Part shown: piece after piece, positions 25,742 through 36,500 of the stretch | Layout of the letters: every line of letters begins with the position of its first letter | Position numbering within the stretch: position 1 is the stretch's first letter | Assembly (NCBI GenBank): GCA_030601755.1 | Contig: JAUWBF010000003.1 | Coordinates: 31,899 to 95,898 of the forward strand | Direction: 5' to 3' | Source: Verrucomicrobiota bacterium | GTDB lineage: Bacteria > Verrucomicrobiota > Verrucomicrobiia > Opitutales > Opitutaceae | Length of the DNA stretch: 64,000 bases | The notes under the pieces: model-generated | Seen by the model: the letters and a program-made list of their open reading frames with translations, nothing else | Databases searched by the model: none | What the model was told of the DNA's origin: nothing | Translations under genes and position numbers: made by a program

Positions 25742-26881
25742 ATGAAAGACCAGCTCATCGCCAGCTTCACGGCCGTCTACGGACGCGCTCCCGAGATCAT
25801 CACCCGCGCGCCGGGTCGCATCGAGTTCATCGGCAACCACACCGACTACAACGGCGGCACGGTGTTGGGAGCGGCGGTGGATCGCGGCGTCTGGGTGGCG
25901 GTGGCGGCGAACGCCGAGCCGCGCCGCCGGTTTCACAGCGCCTACAGCGGCGAGACGGTCGAGTTGCCCGTCGGTGAGCCGAAGGCGCAGGAGGGCAAGG
26001 CTTCCTGGACCAACTATCCGCAGGGCGTGCTGGCGGCGTTGCCGGCCTTCGGTCTGAAGGCGCCGCAGGGGTTCGACTACCTCGCGATGTCCGACCTGCC
26101 GGCCGGCGCCGGCCTGAGCAGCAGCGCGGCCATCGAGCTGGCCTCGGCGCTGGCTTTTCTCGGTCTCACCGGCGAGACCGCCGACCGCGAGACCGTGGTC
26201 AAGATCGGCAAGCACGCGGAGAACCACTTCGTCGGCGTGCCGTGCGGTATTCTCGACCAAGGCGTGTCTGGCTTTGGCCGGGCCGACCATCTCGTGTTCA
26301 TCGACTGTCGCGGGCCGCGTTTCGAGACCGTGCCGATGCCGACGGGCACGCACTTCTGGATATTCAACACGCACACCAAGCACGCGTTGGTCGACGGCAT
26401 GTATGCCGCGCGCAACAAGGCCTGCGTGGACGCCGCCAAGACGCTCGGCGTCTCCCTGCTGGTCGAGGCCGACGCGGACGCGCTCGAGGCCGGCCGCGCC
26501 AAGCTCAGCGACGAGAGTTACCGCCGCGCGAAGCACGTCATTGAGGAAATCGCCCGCGTGGAGAGCACCGTCGAGGCGCTCGCGGCCGGCGACCTCAAGG
26601 CTGTCGGCTCGCTGCTGACCGCCTCGCACCGCAGCTCGCAATACCTCTTTGAAAACAGCACCGAGGAGCTCGACTTGCTGGTCGACACGCTGACCGCGAC
26701 GCCCGGCGTCTATGGCGCGCGCCTGACCGGCGGCGGCTTTGGCGGCGCGGTCATGGCGCTCACCGACGGCGGTTTCAACGACGAGACCGCCGCCAAGGTC
26801 GCCGCCGCCTACCGTGCCAAATACGGTGCCTCGCCCGACGTGCTGCACATGCGCGCCGGCGACGGCGCGGCGGTGCTTTGA
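25742..26881 (+). CDS. galK: galactokinase (GHMP kinase)
   Basis: APGRIEFIGNHTDYNGG...SDLPAGAGLSSSAAIELA...GARLTGGGFGGAVMAL. Start at MKDQLIASF (25742), within ORF 25724..26881. Confidence 0.9.
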   Translation: MKDQLIASFTAVYGRAPEIITRAPGRIEFIGNHTDYNGGTVLGAAVDRGVWVAVAANAEPRRRFHSAYSGETVELPVGEPKAQEGKASWTNYPQGVLAALPAFGLKAPQGFDYLAMSDLPAGAGLSSSAAIELASALAFLGLTGETADRETVVKIGKHAENHFVGVPCGILDQGVSGFGRADHLVFIDCRGPRFETVPMPTGTHFWIFNTHTKHALVDGMYAARNKACVDAAKTLGVSLLVEADADALEAGRAKLSDESYRRAKHVIEEIARVESTVEALAAGDLKAVGSLLTASHRSSQYLFENSTEELDLLVDTLTATPGVYGARLTGGGFGGAVMALTDGGFNDETAAKVAAAYRAKYGASPDVLHMRAGDGAAVL

Positions 26882-26899
26882 GGCCACCGGCGTGGCGAC

Positions 26900-26932
26900 G
26901 CGGATCGGATTCGTCCGGTCCGCGTTTTTTTT
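26900..26932 (+). terminator. intrinsic terminator after galK
   Basis: GCGGATCGG-ATTCGT-CCGGTCCGC (one G-U pair), then G and TTTTTTTT. Confidence 0.7.
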
Positions 26933-26940
26933 GTGCCGGC

Positions 26941-27861
26941 TCAGTTGAACAGCGCGCCGAAGTCCGCGAAGTAGGCGTCGACCCAGCGGTGCGCGAAGAG
27001 GAAGTAGAGCGCGCCGGCGATGGCCAGCATCGGGCCGAAGGGCACGTGCACGCCGAAGCCGATGTTCTCGGTTTCCTCGCCTTCGCTGGTCTCGGCCTTC
27101 GGCGCGATGGGGGCCTTTTTGCCGGTGGCGAGTTGCCAGAGCTTGGCCACGGCCATCCACACGGTGCCGACGATCGCGCCGCCGAACATGGCGAACACCG
27201 CGCCCTGCCACCCGCAAAACGCACCGATGGCGCCGACGAACTTGATGTCGCCAAACCCCATCGCCTCCTTGCGCAGCAGAATCTCCGCGATCAGCACGAT
27301 CCAGAGCACCAGACCGGAGCCGATGAGCACGCCCGTCAGCGAGATGAGTCCCGAGCGCATCATCGCGACGATGCCGATCTCGTGATAAACATCGTGCAGC
27401 GCCGGCACGAAGAGCGACACCACCACGCCGATCACGGCCAGCCCGATGGTGAACACGTCCGGGATGATCATGTGGTCGAGGTCGATGAACGTCGCGCAGA
27501 CCAGGCAGCTCAAAAAGAACATGCCCGCGACCGCCTTGGCCGGCGGGAACAGCAGCCAGCACGCGAGGAACAGCAGCGCCGTCAGCAACTCGACCGCCGG
27601 GTAGCGCACGCCGTAGGCGCGGCCGCAGCAACGCGCCTTGCCGCGCAGGAGAATCCAACTGAGCACGGGGATGTTGTCATACCACGCGATGGGCCGGCCG
27701 CAGGCGCACTGGGAGCCGGGGTGCACGATGGATTTCTCGGCGGGCACGCGGTAGATGACCACGTTGAGAAAACTGCCGACCACGGCTCCGAACAGCGTGG
27801 CGCAGATGGGGAAGAACCACGGGAAGGCGGCGGCGAATTCGGCGTAGTTAAAGTCGGCCAT
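26941..27861 (-). CDS. pilD: prepilin peptidase (A24 family)
   Basis: 306 aa: GSFLNVVIYRVP...C..CGRPIAWYDNIPVLSWILLRGKARCC...FIDLDHMIIPD...GFGDIKFVGAIGAF. Confidence 0.9.
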   Translation of the reverse strand: MADFNYAEFAAAFPWFFPICATLFGAVVGSFLNVVIYRVPAEKSIVHPGSQCACGRPIAWYDNIPVLSWILLRGKARCCGRAYGVRYPAVELLTALLFLACWLLFPPAKAVAGMFFLSCLVCATFIDLDHMIIPDVFTIGLAVIGVVVSLFVPALHDVYHEIGIVAMMRSGLISLTGVLIGSGLVLWIVLIAEILLRKEAMGFGDIKFVGAIGAFCGWQGAVFAMFGGAIVGTVWMAVAKLWQLATGKKAPIAPKAETSEGEETENIGFGVHVPFGPMLAIAGALYFLFAHRWVDAYFADFGALFN

Positions 27862-27972
27862 GGATACGTCGGTTCAGGGGAAACGAGTCGGCGGGGAAAT
27901 GAAAGCCCAAGTTGCGCGGGAGGTCGGCTGAACGCGGGGGAGAGGGAAGGGGCCGGCGGCACCGGGCGGCGC

Positions 27973-28899
27973 TCAGTGCGCGGCCAGCGCGAGTTCGGCG
28001 GCGGTGCGCATGACGTTGACCGGCACACGCACGTCGGCCCGCCCGGTGGCGGCCTCGATCCAGTGCTGCAACGAGCGCGCGCCCTGGTGCACGAGCATGC
28101 CGAGGCCGTTGGCGGCGGGGATGCCGAGCGAGCGGGCCTGCGCGAGCAGGCGGGTCTCGGCTGGGTTGTAGATCATGTCGTAGACCGCGCGCGGGCCGGG
28201 CATTATCATGAGGTCGATCGGCTGGGCGTCGTCGGGCTTGAGGCCCGCGCTGGTGGCGTTGATCACGAGCAGTCCGGGCGGCAGTTGCGACGAGTCGGCC
28301 GGGTCCACGCCGATGACGGAAATGTTTTCGGCGAGCGCGCGCACCTGCGCGACGAGCGCGTCGCGGTTGGCCGCGGTGCGGTTGGCGATGCGCAGCGAGC
28401 GCACGCCGCGTTGCAAACACTCCACGGCGGCTCCGCGGGCGGCTCCGCCGGCGCCGAGCAGCAGCACGTCCGCGCCGGCGAGCTCGGCCTCGAGATCCTC
28501 GCGCAACGACGCGGAGAGACCGTGGCCGTCGGTGTTGTGTCCGTGCCAGCCGTCGGGTTGGCGCACGAGGGTGTTGACCGCCCCGATGGGACGCGCCGCG
28601 GGCGACACGCGGGCCACGCGATCAAAGGCGATGATCTTGTGCGGCACGGTGAGGTTCACCCCGAGAAAGCCGGCGGCGAACAGCTGCTCCAGTGCCTTGG
28701 GCAGATCGTCGGGGTGCACCTCGAAACGATGGTATTTCCAGTCCGCGAAGGCCTCGTCTTCCTTGGCCAGCTCGGCCAGCGCCGCGTTGTGCATGGGCGG
28801 GCTGATCGAGTGCTTGATCGGGTGGCCGAGCACGGCGAGGTGCGTGCCGGGACGGTTCCAATCGGCGAGGTCGGCGAGGGTGAGGACGGGCTCGTTCAT
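27973..28899 (-). CDS. aroE: shikimate dehydrogenase
   Basis: 308 aa: LAVLGHPIKHSISPPMHNAAL...GVNLTVPHK...VNTLV...GHNTDG...LLLGAGGAARGAA. Confidence 0.9.
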   Translation of the reverse strand: MNEPVLTLADLADWNRPGTHLAVLGHPIKHSISPPMHNAALAELAKEDEAFADWKYHRFEVHPDDLPKALEQLFAAGFLGVNLTVPHKIIAFDRVARVSPAARPIGAVNTLVRQPDGWHGHNTDGHGLSASLREDLEAELAGADVLLLGAGGAARGAAVECLQRGVRSLRIANRTAANRDALVAQVRALAENISVIGVDPADSSQLPPGLLVINATSAGLKPDDAQPIDLMIMPGPRAVYDMIYNPAETRLLAQARSLGIPAANGLGMLVHQGARSLQHWIEAATGRADVRVPVNVMRTAAELALAAH

Positions 28900-28978
28900 C
28901 GGATGAGTGCGTGGGGTTCACCCGCAGGGAGAACGAGATCGGCGCTGAGAACGAGCCGATTTATCGAAGACGAAGGCG

Positions 28979-29040
28979 GCACAGGCATTCCTACCTGTGC
29001 GATATCCGGCACCCAAACGCACAGGCAGGAAAGCCTGTGC
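28979..29040. repeat. pair of hairpin repeats in opposite orientation (GCACAGG(C)-loop-(G)CCTGTGC)
   Basis: 28979-29000 is GCACAGGCATTCCTACCTGTGC. 29019-29040 is GCACAGGCAGGAAAGCCTGTGC. Same architecture as the xylB-xylA pair. Confidence 0.8.
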
Positions 29041-29045
29041 CATCA

Positions 29046-29921
29046 TCAGGGCGTGGTGTGTCGTTCGTAGGCGGCCTCGAACTCCTCGACGAACGCGGCG
29101 AACATGCGCGCGTGGCCGTCGTTGCCCTCGATGGTGTAGTGCTCGACGAGATTGCGGCAGCAACGCGCGAGCACCTCGCGCACCGGCGTCGGGGCGAGGT
29201 CGCTGGCCTTGGGGAGAATCTTGTGCTGGCGCACGTAGGCCATGATCTCGGCCGAGGTGCGAAACACGCCCTGCTCGAAGGGGTCGATGAAGAACGGCTC
29301 GTCCTCCTGATAACAGCCGACCACGAAGTGGCCCGGCAGGCCGACGGGCTCGAGTTCGAGTCCGATGCGCTGGGCGATGAGCAGATAGATGATGCTGAGC
29401 GTGATGGGCAGGCCCTTGCGGCGCTCCAGCACCTGGGGCAGCAGGCTGTTGAAAGGGTCGGTGTAGTGCTCGCGGTTGCCACGGAAACCCTCGTCGTGGA
29501 AGAGCACGCGGTTGATCACGCGGCAGCGCTCGCGGGCGGTGGCGGGCTCGGCGATCAGCTCGCGGCAACGGGCGGCGAGGCGGTCGAGTTCGGCGCAGCA
29601 CGCGCCGGCGTCGGTGGCGGGCAGCACGGTGCGACTGAGCAGCAACGCGCCGGTCTCAAGCTCGTAGTTGAGCGAGCGGATGAAGCCCGTGAACTCGGCC
29701 ACGGGGTCGGTGAAGCGCAGCTCCTCAAGGAACCAGCGCGCGTGCCACGCGAGGGCGCGGTGATGGCCGGTGGCCACGTTTTCGAGAAACTCGCGGGCCT
29801 CCTGGCCGGCGGTGTTGAAAAAGCCCAGCAAGTGCTGGCGGACCTTGGGGCTGGGGTCGTCGAGCAGGGACTTCAAGGCGACCTGATGTTCGGGGCTGAA
29901 CAATTTGGTTTCCACGGTCAT
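29046..29921 (-). CDS. transglutaminase-like / SirB1 (YchA) family protein
   Basis: Part of ORF 29046..30026, ATG at 29921. ...NSLLPQVLERRKGLPITLSIIYLLIAQRIGLELEPVGLPGHFVVG...FIDPF..G resembles the SirB1 N-terminal transglutaminase-like domain. Confidence 0.6.
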   Translation of the reverse strand: MTVETKLFSPEHQVALKSLLDDPSPKVRQHLLGFFNTAGQEAREFLENVATGHHRALAWHARWFLEELRFTDPVAEFTGFIRSLNYELETGALLLSRTVLPATDAGACCAELDRLAARCRELIAEPATARERCRVINRVLFHDEGFRGNREHYTDPFNSLLPQVLERRKGLPITLSIIYLLIAQRIGLELEPVGLPGHFVVGCYQEDEPFFIDPFEQGVFRTSAEIMAYVRQHKILPKASDLAPTPVREVLARCCRNLVEHYTIEGNDGHARMFAAFVEEFEAAYERHTTP

Positions 29922-30126
29922 GAATGCAATGGGGTTGGCGCCGGCGGGCAATGGTATTGGCGAGATTTCGAGAGAATTTGCCCATCTAAGCACGGCGTGT
30001 GCCGCGACCTCCCTTCCTATCGGCACCGGCCGCTGGTTATGCAGCCGGTCGCGATGATTTACATGGCAACTTATCGGCCGGCGCCGGTGTCGCTGGCACC
30101 GCTTCTAAGCGGCTGGGGGGAAACCC

Positions 30127-30819
30127 TTACTCGCGTTCGCCGTAGAGTGCGGAGCCGACGCGGACACAGGTGCTGCCGGCGGCAATGGCGGCCTCGAGGT
30201 CGCCGCTCATGCCCATGGACAGTTCGGCCAGCGGCGTGCCGCAGCGCGCGGCCAGATCGTCGCGGATGGCGCGCAGGTTGGCGAACGTGCGCCCGGCCAC
30301 CGCGGGATCGTCGGAGAGCGGCGCGATGGTCATGAGCCCGTCGAGTCGCAGGTGGGGCAGGGCGAGCGCGGCTTGCACGAGGCGCTCGGCGTCCTCGGGC
30401 TCGGCGCCGAACTTGGCGGGATCGTGGCCGGCGTTGATCTGCAGGAGCACGGGTAACGTGCGCCCGAGTTCGCCGGCGGCGCGGTCGAGCAGGGTCAGCA
30501 GCTTGACGCTGTCGACGCTCTGCACGCGGTCAAAATGGGTGGCGGCGACCTTGGCCTTGTTGCTCTGCAGGTGACCGATCAATTCCCAGCGAACGGGCGC
30601 GGTGCATTCGCTTCGCTTATGCACGGCCTCTTGCACGCGATTTTCGCCCACGGCCGCGAGCCCGGCGCGGGCGGCGTATTCGACGGCGGCCGCGGGGTGT
30701 GTCTTCGTCACCGGCAGCAGGGTGACATCCGACGGTTTACGACTGGCGGAGAGGCAAGCGGCGGCGATGCGTTCGTGCAGCGAGGCGAGGCGTTTTTCGA
30801 ACAGTTCGAAGGAAATCAT
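30127..30819 (-). CDS. yggS: YggS family pyridoxal-phosphate-binding protein
   Basis: 230 aa: LLPVTKTHPAAAV...GENRVQE...WELIGHLQSNKAK...LSMGMSGDLEAAIAAGSTCVRVGSALYG. Confidence 0.9.
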   Translation of the reverse strand: MISFELFEKRLASLHERIAAACLSASRKPSDVTLLPVTKTHPAAAVEYAARAGLAAVGENRVQEAVHKRSECTAPVRWELIGHLQSNKAKVAATHFDRVQSVDSVKLLTLLDRAAGELGRTLPVLLQINAGHDPAKFGAEPEDAERLVQAALALPHLRLDGLMTIAPLSDDPAVAGRTFANLRAIRDDLAARCGTPLAELSMGMSGDLEAAIAAGSTCVRVGSALYGERE

Positions 30820-30894
30820 CGGCGAAAGGCTGATTAATAGATTGCTGTTTGATAAGAAATTTTTATACCTCGGTCATTCACCCCCAGAGGCATC

Positions 30895-31791
30895 ATGCAA
30901 ATCGAGAACTTCAAAATCTTCGCCGATCTGGTTGAAACCAAGAGTTTCTCCAAGGCTGCCAAAATCAACGGCATCACGCAATCCGCGGTGAGCCAGCAGG
31001 CGCGGGCGATGGAGCGCCACTTCAAAAACCTGCTGATCGACCGCAGTCAAAAGCAGTTCCAACTGACCCGTGAGGGCCAGCGCGTCTACGAGTCCGCCAA
31101 GGACATCCTGCACTCCTACGACAAGCTCATCTCCGAGCTGCAGGAGATGAAGAAGGTCATCAGCGGCACCATCCGCATCTCGACCATCTACTCGATCGGC
31201 CTCCACGAGCTGCCGCCCTACATCAAGCGCTTCCTGCACGACTATCCGTCGGTCAACGTGCGCGTGGAATACCGCCGCTCCAACCTCGTCTACGAGGACA
31301 TCCTGCACAACTCCGTCGACTTCGGTCTGGTGGCCTTCCCGCTCAAGCAGCGTCAGATCGAGGCCATCCCGTTTCGCAACGACCGGCTCGTGCTCATCGC
31401 CCACCCGAAGCACCCGCTGGCCAAGTCCCCCGAGGTCGACATCGCCGACCTGTCGGGGCACAAGTTCATCGGCTTCGATCCGGACATCCCGACGCGCAAG
31501 GCCGTCGACCAGATCTTCCGCGACCACAAGCTCGACATCGAGCCGGTCATGGAATTCGACAACATCGAGACGGTGAAGCGCGCGGTCGAGATCGACCACG
31601 GCATCGCCATCGTGCCGCAGGCCACCGTGCAGCAGGAGGTGCAGCAGGGCTCGCTCGTGCAACTCACGCTCAAGGGCCGCGAGTTCACCCGCCCGCTCGC
31701 CATCCTGCATCGCAAGGGCCGCGTGCTCACGCCCGCGATGAAGAAGTTCATCGACACGCTGGGCCTCGAGCTGCCGTCCGCCGCCGAATAA
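30895..31791 (+). CDS. LysR family transcriptional regulator
   Basis: MQIENFKIFADLVETKSFSKAAKINGITQSAVSQQARAMERHF.. Divergent from yggS across an AT-rich 75-bp spacer containing ATAA-N7-TTAT. Confidence 0.9.
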   Translation: MQIENFKIFADLVETKSFSKAAKINGITQSAVSQQARAMERHFKNLLIDRSQKQFQLTREGQRVYESAKDILHSYDKLISELQEMKKVISGTIRISTIYSIGLHELPPYIKRFLHDYPSVNVRVEYRRSNLVYEDILHNSVDFGLVAFPLKQRQIEAIPFRNDRLVLIAHPKHPLAKSPEVDIADLSGHKFIGFDPDIPTRKAVDQIFRDHKLDIEPVMEFDNIETVKRAVEIDHGIAIVPQATVQQEVQQGSLVQLTLKGREFTRPLAILHRKGRVLTPAMKKFIDTLGLELPSAAE

Positions 31792-31830
31792 AGCCGCCGT
31801 TCACCGCCGGTCGTTGTCCGTGCCTCCAGC

Positions 31831-31864
31831 GTCCGCCGTTCTCACCGACGGCGGACTTTCTTTG
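31831..31864 (+). terminator. intrinsic terminator after the LysR gene
   Basis: GTCCGCCGT-TCTCACCG-ACGGCGGAC followed by TTTCTTTG. Confidence 0.6.
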
Positions 31865-31967
31865 CGGCGCGCGCGGGCCGATCGACCGTTCGCGCGTCCG
31901 GCCAAGTTTAACCCGCGTCCCGTTTGACCTCGGGAACAGATCGGGCTCCTTGTGGCTCATAAATTTT

Positions 31968-32471
31968 ATGAACAAAACCTTTGTCAGTCTGCTTGGCGCC
32001 GCGGCCATCATCGGGGCCGTTTTCTTCACTTCCGGTTGCTCCAAGGCGACCGGCTCCGCCCTGGGTGCCGCGCCCGCGTGGACCCTTGCCGATCTGGAGG
32101 GACGCGAGGTGAAATCGGCGGACTTCGCCGGCAAGGTCGTCGTGGTCGATTTCTGGGCCACCTGGTGCCCGCCCTGCCGCGAGGAGATTCCCGGCTACAT
32201 TGCCCTTCAGGAAAAGTATCGGGAGCAAGGCCTCGTCATCGTGGGTGTCTCGCTCGACCAAGGCGGTCCGCGCGTCGTGAAGGACTTCGCCGAGAAAATG
32301 AAGATCAACTACCCGCTCGTCATGGGCGACGAGGCCGTCGTCGACGCCTTTGGCGGTGTCGAGGGCATCCCGACGACCTTCGTCATCGGGCGCGACGGCC
32401 AGATCGTGCACAAGAAGGTCGGCTATGCCCCCGAGGCCGAGATGGAGGCCGTCATCAAGTCAGCGCTCTGA
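31968..32471 (+). CDS. TlpA-like thiol:disulfide oxidoreductase (thioredoxin fold), lipoprotein
   Basis: MNKTFVSLLGAAAIIGAVFFTSGCSK...VVVVDFWATWCPPCREEIP. Confidence 0.8.
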   Translation: MNKTFVSLLGAAAIIGAVFFTSGCSKATGSALGAAPAWTLADLEGREVKSADFAGKVVVVDFWATWCPPCREEIPGYIALQEKYREQGLVIVGVSLDQGGPRVVKDFAEKMKINYPLVMGDEAVVDAFGGVEGIPTTFVIGRDGQIVHKKVGYAPEAEMEAVIKSAL

Positions 32472-32495
32472 GCGGTCCCGGCGTTCGACGCGCGC

Positions 32496-33446
32496 GTGCA
32501 ATTTCCCGCCCATCTGCTGCTGCCGTTGGCCAGCGGTTTCGCCTACGTGGTGGCCGTGATGCTGGTCAAGGGCTCGGCGCGGCACGGCGTCGGCCTCTGG
32601 CGAACGACCTTCGTGTCCAACGTCGCCATGGGCGCGTGCTTCGCGCCGCTCTGGCTGCTCGGCGGCGCCGCGCTCGACGCAACTGATCTGTGGCGGCCCG
32701 CGTTGGCCGCCGCGGCGTTTTTCGCGGGCCAAGTCTTCACGTTTCTCGCGCTGGCCGGCGACGTGTCGGTGGCCACGCCGGTGATGGGTCTGAAGATCGT
32801 GCTCGTCGCCCTGTTCAGCACCGTGCTGCTGGCCGGCGACGTGCCCGCCGTGTGGTGGGCGGCGGCCGTGATGAGCACGCTGGCCATCGCCCTTCTCAAC
32901 CGCGGCTCCGGTGCCGCCGCTCCTACGCCCGCTCTCACTCCGGCGTCCCCACGCACCCCGCCGTCCGCCGGCGCGCCGGCCGGGCAGGGCGTCGGTCGCA
33001 CCGTCGCCTTCGCGGCCTGCGCGGCTCTGGTCTTCGCCCTCAGCGACGTGCTCACGCAAAAGTGGGGCGCGCTCTACGGACCGGGACGTTTTCTGCCGCT
33101 GATGTTTGGTCTGCTCGCGGTGTTTTCCGCCGCGCTGATCCCGTTTTTCAACGCCCCCCTGCGCACTGTGCCGCGCGCGGCCTGGCCTTGGCTCGCGTCG
33201 GGTTCGGTGTTGCTCGCGTTGCAGGCCGCCGGCATGGCGTGGACGCTCTCGACCAAGGGCGACGCCACCGCCGCCAACGTCGTCTACAGCTCCCGCGGCC
33301 TGTGGAGCGTCGTGCTTGTCTGGCTGGTCGGCCACTGGTTCGGCAACGAGGAGGGCCGGTTGCCGCGCGCGGTGCTGCGCCGCCGACTCTTTGGCGCCGT
33401 GCTCATGCTGGCGGCGATCGGGCTGGTATTGACCGGCGCGAAGTGA
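32496..33446 (+). CDS. DMT/EamA-like multi-TM transporter
   Basis: 316 aa, about 10 hydrophobic segments in a two-half organisation. The family call is tentative. Confidence 0.6.
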   Translation: MQFPAHLLLPLASGFAYVVAVMLVKGSARHGVGLWRTTFVSNVAMGACFAPLWLLGGAALDATDLWRPALAAAAFFAGQVFTFLALAGDVSVATPVMGLKIVLVALFSTVLLAGDVPAVWWAAAVMSTLAIALLNRGSGAAAPTPALTPASPRTPPSAGAPAGQGVGRTVAFAACAALVFALSDVLTQKWGALYGPGRFLPLMFGLLAVFSAALIPFFNAPLRTVPRAAWPWLASGSVLLALQAAGMAWTLSTKGDATAANVVYSSRGLWSVVLVWLVGHWFGNEEGRLPRAVLRRRLFGAVLMLAAIGLVLTGAK

Positions 33447-33576
33447 CGACGCGGTGATTTTCTCAGCCCTGCGTGTCGGTTGGTCTGGCCAAGCCGCGCC
33501 CCGTGTTGGACAAACGATGCACAGCCCGCGTTCTTGCCCGCCAATGCGGCCTGCACTTTGCTTTAACCCGACTGCC

Positions 33577-36500
33577 ATGAAGACCAACGCCGAACACACC
33601 TCCCTCGTCCTCCCCGATCCCCTGGATCCCCGTCTGCTGGCCTACCTCAACCTCAAGTTGAGGGAAATCGGCCAGGAAGGCGTCGCTCTCCCGAAGACCG
33701 ACGACGACGGCCTGTCCGGCCTGGTCGACCACCTCCTCGCCGTCAGCCGCGAAAAGGACCGCATGCTCGCCCGACATCTGAGCCCGGTCGACCAGCGCAT
33801 CCAGAACTACCTTTACTACGCCCTCGACGAACACGCCGAGGTGCCCCGCCTGCCCGCCACCACCCTCGTGCTCGACCGCCCCGGCCTCGCCAAGGCCCTC
33901 TCCCTGCCGCCCTCGGCCGACGAGTATCGCAGCTCGATCCTCACCTCCACCCGCGTGGCCAACGGCGTCCTGCACAACCCCAAGTCCGACCGCCGCACCA
34001 CCCAGGGCATCTTCCACGTCGCCGAGGGCGGCCTGCCCATCCCCGACGACAAGAAGGCCGTGCCCGCCGCCACCTTCGCCCGCATCCTCGCCAAGGCCCT
34101 CAACCCGCCCGCCGAACTCCTGCGTCTGCCCTACACCGCGCGCGAGCACCGCCCCGCCGCCTGCTTCGTCTCCCTCTACCTGCGCCCCGTCGTCGTGCCC
34201 GCCGTGCCCGGCTTCTCGCCCAAGCGCACCATGGAGACCCGCTTCTTCATCCCCGGCAGCCTCGTGGCCAACCTCGACTTCGTCGAAAGCATCTTCGGCA
34301 ACGCCGGCGACCCCGGCCTCCCCGAGAACGACGCCGCTCTCGACCCCGAGCACTGGACCGGCCACACCGGCTGCATCATCCTCGCCCCGCACCTTAACGG
34401 CCTGACCAAGAAGGAACTCGGCCTGCCCAACATCAAGGACGCCACCGAGCGCCAGAAACGCGACGGCATGTGCTGGGCCGAGCCCGACGAACGCTACAAC
34501 GACGGCGTCGCCTTCAAGATCACCTGCCGCGACGCCCACGGCGTCGTCGTCACCGTCATCTCCGACAACTACTTCGGCTACTGCAAGAAGGAGGTGAAGA
34601 CCCAGCTCTCCTTCTCCGCCAACCTGCTCGGCCTCGCCGAGGAAGAGCACGCCGGCGGCGCCATCGCCTTCCCCAGCTACGACCTCGGCGAGGACTTCCG
34701 CCTCAACACCAACGAGCCCGGCGTCGACCACACCTTCGCCGACTCCCTCAAGCTCCTCGGCGACCGCGCCGAGCTCCAGCCCGCCGGCTGGGCCGCCGAC
34801 ACCGTGTATCCGGACATCTACTACGTCCCGGAGGACGCCTACTTCGACCTCCGCGCGCAGACCGTCACCTGGGGCTCCGGCGACAAGGCCGTGAAACTCA
34901 AGCTCCTCCCGCGCATCACCTACGTGTTGCCCTCCGGCTACAAGGTCGAGATGGTCCGCCCCGACGGCGCCACCCGTTGGAAGCTCCGCGGCACCAAGGC
35001 CGAGGGCCTCCTCTGCCACAAACCCTGCACCGTCTCCGGCGGCGGCAAGTCCGAGATCTCCAAGTCCATCGCCGACGCCACCTTCACCGGGCCGGTCTTC
35101 GTCTCCGACCTCGCCAAGGACCTCGACATCGTCGACGAGATCCTCGCCAAGGAATACGGCCAGCGATTCCGCGACCCCGCGAAAAACCGCGCCAAGGGCC
35201 GCCCCATCCTCAGCCGCGAGCGCTCGCTCGGCTCCGTCGTCAAGCTCCTCAGCCGCAGCCCCGACTACACCGAGGAATACAATGCCTGGCTCGGCTCCAT
35301 CCCGCGCTACATCCGCGACCTCGTCCTGCTGGTGAAGCGCCTCTACAAGCCCGAGTGGGGCACCGAGTGGCGCAAGCACTTCTCGGTCGACACCATCAAC
35401 GGCCGCCCCGGCAACGAGCTCAAATACCACGGCCAGAAACTCCAGGCCCAGTATCTGCGCATCGGATACACCAAGGACGGCGGCTGGCGCACCTTCAGCC
35501 TGCGCAGCGACTTCATGCCCGCGGTGAAGATCCAGGCCGAGGACGACATCACCGCCTCCACCGTCGCGCCGGCCGCCTCCGTGGTCGGCTCCTCGGCGGC
35601 CGAGCGCCCCGGCGCCTCGATCAAGGTCGTGCACAACTGCGAGACCCGCCTCTTCCAGCGCCCCGACGACGCCATCGTGCGCGGCTACGACCGCCACACC
35701 GAGCGCGACTTCAGCGCCCGCGGCAACTTCTTCTCCAACTACGAGGCGCTCACCCGCGACGAGGCCAAGGACGTCGTCGAGGACACCCTCGGCTTCGAGA
35801 GCTTCACGCCGCCCGTGCGCGACCTCTTCAAAGACTTCCTCGCCGCCGACAAACCCGACTTTGTCGTCTCGCCCGCGCACCCGCGCATCGTCGACGGCAA
35901 GCCCACCAAGAACCCGCGCTACCTCCAGGTCCGGCCCGACCTCGTCGACCCCCGCACCACCTACGTCGCCCAGAGCGCCGCCCGCCTCCTGCGCGGACTC
36001 GACGCCGCCAAGACCCCCGTCTTCCCCGTCGGCGCCGTGCTCATGGGCCGCCGCATGAACCCGCCCGAGAAGGGCGTGCGCGCGCTCTGCACCTACAGCC
36101 CGATCCACTACCAGGAGCTGCCCGAGGCCTTCATGGACCTCATCGCCTCGCTCACCGGCAAGTCGCCCTCGACCACCGGCGCCGGTTCCGAAGGCGCGCT
36201 CACCAAGGGCCCCTTCAACGCGCTGCCCCCGATCTACGACCTCAACGCCGCGCTCGTGTCCTTCCTCATCACCGATCTGCCCGCGTTCTCGTCGGCGGCC
36301 GGCTGGGTCGGCCCCAAGCTCCGCGTCGACCACGACGTCAGCCTGCTCGTCCCCGAGATCTGGTGCCGCATGAGCCGCGAGGAGCGTGATCCGAAGTTCC
36401 TCATCGCGAACGGCTATCTGGAGAAGGTCGAGGACTTCGATCACGCCGGCAAAAAGGTCCTCGCCTCGCGCCTCGGCTACCGCATCACCACGCGCTTCGT